Part shown: positions 54,691-63,292 of the stretch, one piece after another
Layout: every line of letters starts with the position of its first letter
Numbering within the stretch: position 1 is the first letter of the stretch
Source of the DNA: an uncultured Actinomycetes bacterium
GTDB lineage: Bacteria; Actinomycetota; Acidimicrobiia; IMCC26256; JANYLB01
Direction of reading: 5' to 3'
Assembly: GCA_963829475.1 (NCBI GenBank)
Contig: CAWHIU010000001.1
Location: 87,068 to 151,067 of the forward strand
Length of the DNA stretch: 64,000 bases
Program-made: the position numbers and the translations under genes
The notes under the pieces: generated by a model
The model's database searches: none
The model's input: the letters and a program-made list of their open reading frames with translations, nothing else
Told to the model about the DNA's origin: nothing

Positions 54691-55500
54691 TTAGAGCTTG
54701 GCCACCTGGCCGAACTCGAGCTCGACCGGGGTCTCCCGGCCGAAGATGTTCACGAGCACCTTGAGCTTGGAGCGATCGAAGTCGATCTCGCTGATCGCGC
54801 CGTTGAAGTCGGCGAACGGACCGGTCGTGACCCGCACCTGCTCGCCCTCGTCGAACGCGAGCCGCGGGCGCGCCTTCTTCTCCGGTGCGCCTTCCGGCTT
54901 CACGCCGAGGATGTCTTCGACCTCGCGTCGCGACAACGGCGTGGGCTTCGCGCCGCTGCCGACGAATCCCGTGACACCCGGAGTGTTGCGCACGACGTAC
55001 CAGGAGTCGTCGTCGAGAGCCATCCGCACGAGCAGGTACCCGGGGAAGACCTTCTTCTGCACGACGACCTTGCGGCCGTTCTTGAACTCGATGACGTCTT
55101 CCATCGGGATGACGACCTCGAAGATGCGCTCTTCGACGTTCATCGAACGCACGCGGCTCGCGAGGTTCTGCTTCACCTTGTTCTCGTAGCCGGCGTAGGT
55201 GTGCACGACGTACCACGCGCCCGGCCGGTCGTAGGGGCTGGGCTCGGGTTCCTCGTCTTCGTACTCGTCGTCTTCGTCGAGGACGTCGATGAGCTCGGCA
55301 TCGGCGAGATCGACCTCTGCGGCGACCTCCACGATGACCGCGTCGACTTCGCCGTCGCCGTCGACATCGATGGCCGCGACGATCGCGTCGGTCACGCCGT
55401 CACCGTCGACATCGATGGCCGCGACGACGATCTCCCCTTCGGGAGTGTCGGTTGCGGTGTCGTTCGGGTTGGTTTCTTCAGCAGTCACAGGGTCGACCAT
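54691..55500 (-). CDS. nusG: transcription antitermination factor NusG with an acidic N-terminal extension containing a tandem DVDGDG repeat
   Basis: The core is [18 protein letters not shown]...[11 protein letters not shown]...[22 protein letters not shown]. The N-terminal ~95 aa are Asp/Glu-rich. Confidence 0.95.
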   Translation of the reverse strand: MVDPVTAEETNPNDTATDTPEGEIVVAAIDVDGDGVTDAIVAAIDVDGDGEVDAVIVEVAAEVDLADAELIDVLDEDDEYEDEEPEPSPYDRPGAWYVVHTYAGYENKVKQNLASRVRSMNVEERIFEVVIPMEDVIEFKNGRKVVVQKKVFPGYLLVRMALDDDSWYVVRNTPGVTGFVGSGAKPTPLSRREVEDILGVKPEGAPEKKARPRLAFDEGEQVRVTTGPFADFNGAISEIDFDRSKLKVLVNIFGRETPVELEFGQVAKL

Positions 55501-55781
55501 CAGTCGTAGAGGAAGAGAACGAACTTCGCGGATGCGTAGTCGAACAAGAAGATCAGGGTGGTCATCACCACGACTGCGATGAGCACGATGATCGTCGAGT
55601 TGATGATCTCGTGCTTCGTCGGCCAGGCGACCTTGCGCATCTCGCCGCGGACCTCGCGAAGGAACTCGCTCGGTCCGGTGCGTTCCTTGGTCTGTTGCGC
55701 AGCGGGACGCGACTTGCGCTCGGGCGCGCGCGGCTTGTCGCCGCCTTGCTTCGCCATCATGCGCTTGCTCTGTCGGTTCAC
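55500..55781 (-). CDS. secE: preprotein translocase subunit SecE
   Basis: ...FLREVRGEMRKVAWPTKHEIINSTIIVLIAVVVMTTLIFLFD. The start is uncertain (GTG 55781 or the internal ATGs). Confidence 0.85.
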   Translation of the reverse strand: MNRQSKRMMAKQGGDKPRAPERKSRPAAQQTKERTGPSEFLREVRGEMRKVAWPTKHEIINSTIIVLIAVVVMTTLIFLFDYASAKFVLFLYD

Positions 55782-55856
55782 CCGAACGCCTTCATGCTGG
55801 GTCGTGATGCCATGGGTTGCAGGGGTCGTGATCTGGCCGTCGTGACCATGTCACTG

Positions 55857-55929
55857 CAGGGCAGGAGGGACTCGAACCCCCAACCGCCGGTTTTGGAGAC
55901 CGGAGCTCTACCAATTGAGCTACTGCCCT
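55857..55929 (-). tRNA. trpT: tRNA-Trp (anticodon CCA)
   Basis: Hand-folded cloverleaf. Acceptor AGGGCAG/CTGCCCT, D stem GCTC/GAGC, anticodon stem CCGGT/ACCGG with loop CTCCAAA, T arm GGGGG-TTCGAGT-CCCTC. Total 73 nt. Confidence 0.9.
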
Positions 55930-55987
55930 CCGGGGGTCCGGACGCGACAGATTAGCCGACGCTCCCGGCCAGGGTCCGGGCGAGGAG

Positions 55988-56110
55988 CCGTCGTTGGTGT
56001 CCGGCGGCTCCGCTGCTTCTCCTCTTGATGGTCGAATCCGCTCCGCCACCTCGATCGCCCACCCGCGAAACACCCGTCGTTGGTGTCCGGCGGCTCCGCT
56101 GCTTCTCCTA
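55988..56110 (-). repeat. intergenic repeat family, locus B (1 full unit 56023-56110 plus a 35-nt partial unit) between rpmG and tRNA-Trp
   Basis: The sense strand reads CTAGGAGAAGCAGCGGAGCCGCCGGACACC...GCGATCGAGGTGGCGGAGCGGATTCGACCATCAAGA, then GGAGAAGCAGCGGAGCCGCCGGACACCAACGACGG. It starts on the rpmG TAG. Confidence 0.85.
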
Positions 56111-56269
56111 GCGCGTTTCCTTGTGCAGGGTGTGGCGGCGGTCGAAGCGGCAGTACTTCTTCATCTCGATGCGCTCGCGGTCGTTCACCTTGTTCTTCTT
56201 GGTGATGTAGTTCCGCCGCTTGCAGTCTTCACACGCGAGGGTCACCTTGACCCTTTTGTCACTTGCCAT
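56108..56269 (-). CDS. rpmG: 50S ribosomal protein L33 (53 aa)
   Basis: Own translation gives [53 protein letters not shown]. It is below the ORF-track size cutoff. Confidence 0.9.
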   Translation of the reverse strand: MASDKRVKVTLACEDCKRRNYITKKNKVNDRERIEMKKYCRFDRRHTLHKETR

Positions 56270-56304
56270 CGTCGTGTCCCGTCTCGTCTGCTCGAAGTCT
56301 TGTG

Positions 56305-57493
56305 TTACTTGAGGATCTTGGTGACGCGGCCGGCGCCCACGGTGCGGCCACCCTCACGGATCGCGAACCGCAGGCCGTCTTCCATCGCGATCGGCTTGCC
56401 CAACTGGACGACCATCTCAGTGTTGTCGCCCGGCATCACCATCTCCGTACCCTCCGGCAGGACAACCGTCCCCGTCACGTCCGTCGTCCGGAAATAGAAC
56501 TGCGGGTGATAATTCGCGAAGAACGGAGTGTGGCGACCACCCTCCTCCTTCGTCAACACATACACCTGCGCCTCGAAATCCGTGTGCGGCGTGATCGACC
56601 CCGGCTTCGCGAGGACCTGACCCCGCTCCACATCTTCCTTCTTCGTACCCCGCAACAAGGCACCGATGTTGTCACCCGCGCGGCCCTCATCCAGAAGCTT
56701 GCGGAACATCTCCACACCCGTACACGTCGTCTTCGTCGTATCCCGCAGACCGACGATCTCGACCTCTTCACCCGTCTTCACGATGCCCTGCTCGACCTTG
56801 CCGGTCACGACCGTCCCACGACCCGTGATCGTGAACACATCCTCGATCGGCATCAAGAACGGCTTCTCCAACTCCCGCACCGGCTCCGGGATGAACGCAT
56901 CCACCGCATCCATCAACTCGACGACACCCGCCGCCGCAGCCTCATCACCCTCCAACGCCTTCAACGCGACTGACCCGAACGATCGGGGTGTCATCACCCG
57001 GGAACTCGTACTCGTTCAACAACTCACGAACCTCGAGCTCCACCAACTCGAGGAGCTCCTCATCATCGACCTGATCAACCTTGTTCAACGCCACCACAAT
57101 CGACGGAACCCCAACCTGACGAGCCAAGAGCACATGCTCACGCGTCTGCGGCATCGGACCATCCGTCGCCGCGACCACCAAAATCGCGCCATCCACCTGC
57201 GCGGCACCCGTGATCATGTTCTTGATGTAATCCGCATGCCCAGGCATATCCACATGCGCGTAATGCCGATTCGCGGTCTCATACTCAACATGGGAGATAT
57301 TGATCGTGATCCCCCGCGCCTTCTCCTCCGGCGCCTTATCGATCTGATCAAACGCCGTCGCCGTCACATTCGCATCACGATCCGCCAACACCCGCGTGAT
57401 CGCAGCCGTCAACGTCGTCTTCCCATGATCGATGTGACCCATCGTCCCAATATTCAAATGCGGCTTGTTCCGCTCGAACTTCGCCTTCGCCAT
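56305..57493 (-). pseudogene. tuf: elongation factor Tu, copy 2 (tRNA-tuf-rpmG-secE copy); 1-nt insertion in a small divergent patch near 56966-56974 splits it as sequenced
   Basis: It is identical to copy 1 except at four places. These are the stop codon (TAA vs TAG), one synonymous Leu change, the patch gtc-agt-C-gcg (copy 1 gtg-tct-gcg), and the absence of the copy-1 extra A. Confidence 0.9.
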
Positions 57494-57646
57494 CTCAGAC
57501 CGCTCCGTTCGCTACTCGGCGTGGACGTGCACGCTTCCCCTCGTACCGACGTTCACTCCACATGCTCTCATCGCTCCGTTCAGTGCTCGGCGGGACCCGC
57601 CTCGCGGCCTCTGGCTCTGGATTGCAAGATCTCGGTCGGGCTTGCG

Positions 57647-57720
57647 TAGCGGGGGCGGGACTCGAACCCGCGACAACACGATTATGAGCCGTGTGCTCTA
57701 ACCAACTGAGCTACCCCGCC
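57647..57720 (-). tRNA. tRNA-Met (anticodon CAT; elongator type, tRNA-Ile2 not excluded)
   Basis: GGCGGGGTAGCTCAGTTGGTTAGAGCACACGGCTCATAATCGTGTTGTCGCGGGTTCGAGTCCCGCCCCCGCTA folds as a cloverleaf. There is no 3xGC anticodon stem, so it is not an initiator. Confidence 0.85.
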
Positions 57721-57753
57721 TGGTCGCGGGCGTCGGGTCGACGCTCGCGGCGG

Positions 57754-57826
57754 AGCCCCCTTACGGAATCGAACCGTAGACCTTTTCCTTACCATGGAAA
57801 CGCTCTGCCGACTGAGCTAAGGGGGC
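57754..57826 (-). tRNA. tRNA-Thr (anticodon GGT)
   Basis: GCCCCCTTAGCTCAGTCGGCAGAGCGTTTCCATGGTAAGGAAAAGGTCTACGGTTCGATTCCGTAAGGGGGCT is a 73-nt cloverleaf. Confidence 0.9.
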
Positions 57827-57890
57827 GGACCGACAACGATAGCCGCGGCCCGAGGTCGGCTACCTTCCGGGCCGTGGAGGACTTCGAGCC

Positions 57891-58394
57891 ATGATCACGA
57901 TCCGGCCGGCCGAACCCGGCGACGCCGAGGCCACCCGCGCCATCTACAACCCGGAGGTCCTCGAGTCGACCGTGACCTTCGACCTGCGGCCCCGCAGCCT
58001 CGAGGAGCAGCGGGCCTGGATCGCCGCCCACGCCGGTGGGCACATCGCGATCGTGGCGATCGACGGTGCGGAGGCCGACGGAGGCGAGGTGGTCGGGTTC
58101 GGTTCGCTGTCGCCGTACCGCTCGCGGCCGGCGTACTCCACCACGGTCGAGAACTCGGTCTACGTGCGCCGCGACCGCCAGGAGGAGGGAATCGGGCGGT
58201 TGCTCCTCGAGGAGCTGGCCCTCCGGGCGACGGCGCACGGGTTCCACGCCATGATCGCCCGCATCGTGGGTGACCACGAAGCCTCGATCGCCCTTCATCG
58301 GGCGTGCGGCTTCGAGATCGTCGGGACCGAACGCGAGGTCGGCCGGAAGTTCAACCGCTGGCTCGACGTCGTCCTGATGCAACGCATGCTCTGA
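57891..58394 (+). CDS. GNAT N-acetyltransferase (phosphinothricin/methionine-sulfoximine acetyltransferase-like)
   Basis: MITIRPAEPGDAEATRAIYNPEVLESTVTFDL...ENSVYVRRDRQEEGIGRLLLEEL...ASIALHRACGFEIVG is a PAT-family pattern. Confidence 0.75.
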   Translation: MITIRPAEPGDAEATRAIYNPEVLESTVTFDLRPRSLEEQRAWIAAHAGGHIAIVAIDGAEADGGEVVGFGSLSPYRSRPAYSTTVENSVYVRRDRQEEGIGRLLLEELALRATAHGFHAMIARIVGDHEASIALHRACGFEIVGTEREVGRKFNRWLDVVLMQRML

Positions 58395-58435
58395 ACAACA
58401 GGGCACACGTGGCGCCAAGCTGGGAGCGCCGGGGT

Positions 58436-58500
58436 ATGTGGAGCGAGCGGAGGCTCCTCAGCCGTGCCCCGAACCGGCGAGCGAGCGGAGCAATCAGAGA
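58436..58500 (+). repeat. possible degenerate or truncated member of the repeat family, downstream of the GNAT gene
   Basis: GTGGAGCGAGCGGAGG resembles the 5' box. CGAACCGGCGAGCGA is identical to 15 nt of the locus C units. It is followed by GCGGAGCAATCAGAGA (compare AGCGGATTCGACCATCAAG). Confidence 0.3.
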
Positions 58501-58584
58501 TGGTGGGCCGGGCAGGATTCGAACCTGCGTAGCTTGCGCAACTGGTTTACAGCCAGTCCCCTTTGGCCACTTGGGTACCGACCC
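58501..58584 (-). tRNA. tRNA-Tyr (anticodon GTA), long variable arm, CCA encoded
   Basis: GGGTCGGTACCCAAGTGGCCAAAGGGGACTGGCTGTAAACCAGTTGCGCAAGCTACGCAGGTTCGAATCCTGCCCGGCCCACCA. Confidence 0.85.
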
Positions 58585-58668
58585 GCAGGGCCGCGTACGA
58601 TAGCAGCCGATCTTCACGCCGATCCCCCCGTCCGCCCACCCCGTCAAGCCGACCCGAGAGGTGCTCCC

Positions 58669-59157
58669 ATGCCCAGCTTCGACGTCGTCTCCGAGGTCGA
58701 CATGCAGGAAGTCCGCAACGCGGTCGACCAGGCCGACCGCGAGATCGCGAACCGGTTCGACTTCAAGGGCACCGACAGCTCGATCGAGCTGAAGGACAAG
58801 GGCATCGAGCTCGAGACGGCCAGTGAGGAGCGGCTGAAGGCGCTCACGCAGGTGCTCGAGGAGAAGTTCGTCAAGCGCAAGGTCTCGTTGAAGTCGCTCG
58901 ACTACGGCAAGATCGAGGAAGCGTCGAAAGGCGCGGTCCGCCAGACCGTCGGTCTCGCGGTCGGCATCAACTCCGACAAGGCCCGCGAGATCGGCAAGTA
59001 CATCAAGGGCCTCGGGATGAAGGGCGTCCAGCACCAGGTCCAGGGCGAGCAGCTCCGGGTGACCGGCAAGAAGCGTGACGACCTCCAGGCCACGATCGCG
59101 AAGCTCAAGGAGCACGACTTCGGGATCCCGCTCCAGTTCGAGAACTTCCGGGACTAG
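58669..59157 (+). CDS. yajQ: YajQ-family (UPF0234) nucleotide-binding protein
   Basis: MPSFDVVSEVDMQEVRNAVDQADREIANRFDFKGTDSSIELKDK...LQFENFRD. Confidence 0.85.
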   Translation: MPSFDVVSEVDMQEVRNAVDQADREIANRFDFKGTDSSIELKDKGIELETASEERLKALTQVLEEKFVKRKVSLKSLDYGKIEEASKGAVRQTVGLAVGINSDKAREIGKYIKGLGMKGVQHQVQGEQLRVTGKKRDDLQATIAKLKEHDFGIPLQFENFRD

Positions 59158-59328
59158 GAGAAGAAGCGGAGCCGGCGGACACACGCCGCGGGCCACGAAC
59201 CGGCGAGCGATCGAGCCGGCGCAGCGGATTCGACCAACAAGTAGGAGAAGAAGCGGAGCCGGCGGACACACGCCGCGGGCCACGAACCGGCGAGCGATCG
59301 AGCCGGCGCAGCGGATTCGACCATCAAG
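59155..59328 (+). repeat. intergenic repeat family, locus C: two tandem 87-nt units differing at one base
   Basis: The unit is TAGGAGAAGAAGCGGAGCCGGCGGACACACGCCGCGGGCCACGAACCGGCGAGCGATCGAGCCGGCGCAGCGGATTCGACCA(A/T)CAAG, present twice. The first TAG is the yajQ stop. The array ends at the stop of the convergent HAD gene. Confidence 0.9.
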
Positions 59329-59835
59329 TCAGTCGTAGTAGCCGGAGTGGATGTAGATGCAGGGGATGCCGTCGCGTCGGAGCATGTCGACGTTGCGGCG
59401 GTCGTCTTCGATCCCGAGGCGGAGATCGAACCCGAAGCGACGGAGATCCCAGATGCTCGATTGCTTGAACTCGCGGGCCATCTCGTAGTCACCCCACGGC
59501 CGCATGATCAACAGGTCCCAGCGGATCCCGTAGCGGTTGAGCCACGCTTCGGTGAGGTGGTGGACCCGACCGGGACGCGCGGTCAACAGCACGATCCGCA
59601 GCCCGGGGTGGAGGAGGTCGAGGAGGACCTTGATCTCCTCGATCACGTCGTCGTCACCGCAGGCCTCGAAGAACGACTGCCAGTCGCGTCGCGGTGCCTC
59701 GAGGTAGTGCTGTCGGTTCGCGGCGTCGGAGAGCACACCGTCGATGTCGACGACCGCGGCGGGACCGGGCTCCACCGCACCGTCGCGCCACGTCCAATGC
59801 TCAGGAGGAGCGACCGGCGGGGTCGGAGCCGTCAC
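59329..59835 (-). CDS. HAD-superfamily phosphatase-like protein (168 aa)
   Basis: [11 protein letters not shown] (DxDG motif I), VLLTARP (motif II) and GIEDD (motif IV). GTG 59835 overlaps the acs TGA as GTGA. Confidence 0.6.
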   Translation of the reverse strand: MTAPTPPVAPPEHWTWRDGAVEPGPAAVVDIDGVLSDAANRQHYLEAPRRDWQSFFEACGDDDVIEEIKVLLDLLHPGLRIVLLTARPGRVHHLTEAWLNRYGIRWDLLIMRPWGDYEMAREFKQSSIWDLRRFGFDLRLGIEDDRRNVDMLRRDGIPCIYIHSGYYD

Positions 59836-61815
59836 GCATCGTCTCCCGGCGGTGCCGACGAGAGGTAGCGCTGCTTGATCCCTTCGACGACCGACGGATC
59901 GGCGAGGGTCGTGGTGTCGCCGAGCGCCTCGTCTTCCGCGACGTTGCGCAGCAGTCGGCGCATGATCTTGCCCGATCGGGTCTTCGGCAGCTCCTCGGTG
60001 AACAGCACCGTCTTCGGCTTCGCGATCGGCCCGATGGCCTTCGCCACGTGGTCGCGGAGCTCGAGGCCGAGCGCGTCGCTCGGCTCGAAGCCGGCCCGCA
60101 GGATCACGAACGCGCCGATGGCCTGGCCCGAGGTCGGATCGCTCTTGCCGACGACCGCGGCTTCGGCCACGGCCGGATGGCCGACGAGCGCCGACTCGAC
60201 CTCGGTGGTGGAGATGTTGTGGCCCGACACGAGCATGATGTCGTCGACCCGGCCGAGCAGCCAGAAGTACCCGTCGTCGTCGCGCTTGGCGCCGTCGCCG
60301 GCGAAGTACCGGCCCGCGTACTCGGACCAATACGTGTCGCGGTATCGATCGGGGTCGCCCCAGATGCCGCGCAGCATCGACGGCCACGGTCGGGTCAACA
60401 CGAGGTAGCCGCCACCGGGGATCCCGACCGACACGCCGTGCTCGTCGACGACATCGGCACCGATGCCCGGGATCGGGAACGTGGCGCTCCCGGGCTTCAA
60501 CGTGGTCGCGCCGGGGAGCGGGCTGATCATGATCGCCCCGGTCTCGGTCTGCCACCACGTGTCGACGACCGGACAACGCTCACCACCGATGTGCTTCCAG
60601 TACCAGATCCACGCTTCGGGGTTGATCGGTTCGCCGACCGTCCCGAGCAAGCGGAGCGACGAGAGATCGTGGCGCTCGGGGAACTCCGTGCCCCACTTCA
60701 TGAAGGTACGGATCGCGGTCGGCGCGGTGTAGAGCGTCGTCACCGCGTAGCGCTCGACGATCGACCAGAAGCGCTCCTTGTCGGGGAAGTCGGGCGTGCC
60801 CTCGTACATGACGCTGGTCGTGCGGTTCGCGAGCGGTCCGTAGACGATGTACGAGTGACCGGTGACCCACCCACAGTCAGCCGCGCACCAGTAGACGTCG
60901 GTGTCGGGGTGCAGGTCGAACACGTGCTTGTGGGTGAACGCGACCTGGGTGAGGTAGCCACCCGTCGTGTGCATGATCCCCTTGGGCTTTCCGGTCGTCC
61001 CGCTCGTGTAGAGGATGAACAGGAGGTCTTCGGAATCCATCGCCTCGGGCGCGCACTCGGCGCTCTGGCTGCGGGACGAGGTCGTGGTACCAGACGTCGC
61101 GGCCTTCCTGCATCGTGACGTCGTTCTCGGTGCGCCGGACCACGAGGACCTTCTGGATCGACGGCGTCTCCGCGACCGCGTCGTCGGCGGTTGCCTTCAA
61201 CGGGACCACGTTCCCCCGCCGCCACGCGCCGTCGCCGGTGACGAGCACCGTGCACTCGGCATCGTTGATCCGGTCGCGGAGGGAGTCCTTCGAGAACCCG
61301 CCGAACACCACGGAGTGCGCGGCGCCGATTCGTGCGCACGCGAGCATCGCCATCGGGAGTTCGGGCACCATCCCGAGGTAGATGGCGACCCGGTCGCCCT
61401 TGCCGACGCCGAGCTCCTTGAGCGCGTTCGCCAACCGGCTCACCTCGTCGAGGAGCTCGGAGTAGGTGATGGTGCGGGTGTCGCCGGGCTCGCCCTCCCA
61501 GTGGTACGCCACCTGCGAGCCGTGCCCGGAATCGACATGACGATCGATGCAGTTCTGACTGGCGTTCAGCTCCCCGCCCACGAACCACTTCGCGAACGGC
61601 AGGTCCCAGTCGAGGATGGTGTCCCACTCCTTCGACCAGTCGAGCGCGACTGCCTGACGCGCCCAGAAGCCCTCGTAGTCGCGATCGGCGTCGTCGTAGA
61701 GGTCGGTCCCGACGACGAGGGCATCCTTCTTGAAGGTCTCGGGCGGTGGGAAGCGACGCCCCTCGGCCAGCAGTCCCTCGATCGTCGGCTCCGCCATCGT
61801 CTCCCCCTGGGTCAT
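59832..61815 (-). pseudogene. acs: acetyl-CoA synthetase, one frame break near 61070 as sequenced
   Basis: The N-terminal part is ...FWARQAVALDWSKEWDTILDW...WFVGGELNASQNCIDRH...VFGGFS. It continues in another frame as [38 protein letters not shown]...[15 protein letters not shown] 61797 is an alternative start. Confidence 0.85.
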
Positions 61816-61860
61816 CCACCGAAGCGGATCACCCTACCGTCCGCCCACCGCAGCGTTCCT

Positions 61861-61898
61861 GCGTCGTGAGCGCGGGGAATTTCCCGCGCTCACGACGC
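61861..61898 (-). terminator. 16-bp perfect hairpin overlapping the stop codon of the MidA-like gene
   Basis: The arm gcgtcgtgagcgcggg pairs with cccgcgctcacgacgc around the 6-nt loop gaattt. The stop TGA (61892-61890) lies in the 3' arm. There is no U-tract. Confidence 0.55.
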
Positions 61899-63051
61899 CG
61901 GAACGAGGCCCTTGGTGAGGATGGTGACGGTGTGGGCGCCGAGACCGTCGGGGTCGCTGAGGGCGGCGGCCTCGGTGACGCGGCTGCGGGCGGCGAGCGC
62001 GGCCAGGTCGCCGATGTGGGCGCGGGCCTGCCACTCGCGACGACCCGCCTCGACCATCTGGTCGAGGCCGAGACCCGTCAGCCACTCGGCCTGGGTCATC
62101 TCCGCCGCGACCGTGAAGCCGACCCGACGTGCGGCGCGGTGCAGCGTCTCGGTGACGACATCGGTCGTCACGTCCTGCGTCCCCGGCCCGACGAGCGGAT
62201 CGTCGCCCCGCTGGTGGGCCCGGTAGGTCCGCAGCCACCCGGATTGGCCACGTGCTGCGAGGACCGACGCCGAGGCTGCGTAGTCGATCACGACGACGAC
62301 GCCACGGTGCAGGCAGCTTGCACAGGCGGCGAGCCAGGCTTCGACCCCGCGCTGCAATGGGAGCCGGCTCCCGGGCGGCGCGTCGAACGCAGGGGCGAGC
62401 GGAGGCGTCGGCGGGGATCGGCACCTCCACGAACCGGTCGCCGTCGACGCCGATCCGAATCTCGTCCCAACCGGTGGCCGTGCGTTCGACAACGTCGAAG
62501 GGGAGGTTGTCGAGCAGCTCGTTGGCGAAGATCACGCCTTCGAAACCGAGTGCGGGCAGATCGTCGAGCGCGGTCACGATCGGTCCGATTCCGGTGACCG
62601 CCTCGGGATCGCCGTCGCCGCCCGCCGAGGGGAGGAACGGGCCGAGCGCGTCTTCCCAAGGTTCGATCGTGACGTGCTCACGTTGCTCGGCCCGCAGCGT
62701 GGCCGAGCGCTCCACCAGCACGTAGCGCAGAGCCGTGGCGCACGACGGTTCGACGCGCAGCACGTCACGTGCGAGGCGGCCACGCCCGGCGCCGGCCTCG
62801 ACCACGATGAACGGATCCGGAGACCCGAGCTCGACGAACCACCGATCGAGCGCCCGGGCGACCAGCGCACCGAAGAGCGACCCGACCTCGGGGCTGGTGA
62901 CGAAGTCGGCTCCGCCGCGGCCGGCGCCGCCATGGGTGAAGAACTCGTCGAGCGCCGCACGGACGAAGACCGAGTACGGCACCGGCCCCTCCCGGTGGAT
63001 CCGCTCAACCAACTCGATGGTCGAATCCGTTCCGCCGGCTCGATCGCTCAC
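61890..63051 (-). pseudogene. MidA/NDUFAF7-family (DUF185) SAM-dependent methyltransferase, one frame break near 62402 as sequenced (C run); start uncertain
   Basis: ELVERIHREGPVPYSVFVRAALDEFF...DFVTSPEVGSLFGALVA...VEAGAGRGRLARDVL...FANELLDNLPF continues in another frame as PLAPAFDAPPGSRLPLQRGVEAWL...VVIDYA...LRTYR. The longest-ORF GTG (63051) lies inside repeat unit D3. TTG 63012 abuts the repeat end. Confidence 0.7.
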
Positions 63052-63292
63052 CGACTCATCGCCCGTGGGAGAAATCCGCCGGCTCCACTTCTTCTCCTGC
63101 GATGGTCACGTCTACCACGATGGTCGAATCCGTTCCGCTGGCTCGATCGCCCACCCAATCGGCAACCGCGCGGGAGTGTCCGCCGGCTCCACTCCTTCTC
63201 CTACTTCGATGGTCGAATCCGTTCCGCAGGCTCGATCGCCCACCCAATCGGCAACCATGCGGGCCTTTCCGCCGGCTCCACTCCTTCTCCTA
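63013..63292 (-). repeat. intergenic repeat family, locus D: three tandem units (63204-63292, 63118-63203, 63013-63097, with a 20-nt linker) between nuoN and the MidA-like gene
   Basis: The sense strand reads CTAGGAGAAGGAGTGGAGCCGGCGGA...GGGCGATCGAGCC(T/A)GCGGAACGGATTCGACCATCGAAG, then TAGGAGAAGGAGTGG... The first TAG is the nuoN stop. Confidence 0.9.

Noticed and set aside
56305-57493. The second tuf copy as an assembly duplication artefact.
   Set aside because: Each copy has its own, individually sensible flanks: fusA-tuf-rpsJ versus tRNA-Thr/Met-tuf-rpmG. The copies also differ in stop codon and leader, and each carries a different indel. Two real loci are more likely.
59155-59328. CRISPR array interpretation of the tandem repeats here and at 63013..63292.
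   Set aside because: The units are contiguous, with no unique spacers between them. They are 85-104 nt long and no cas genes are nearby. These are tandem interspersed repeats, not CRISPR.
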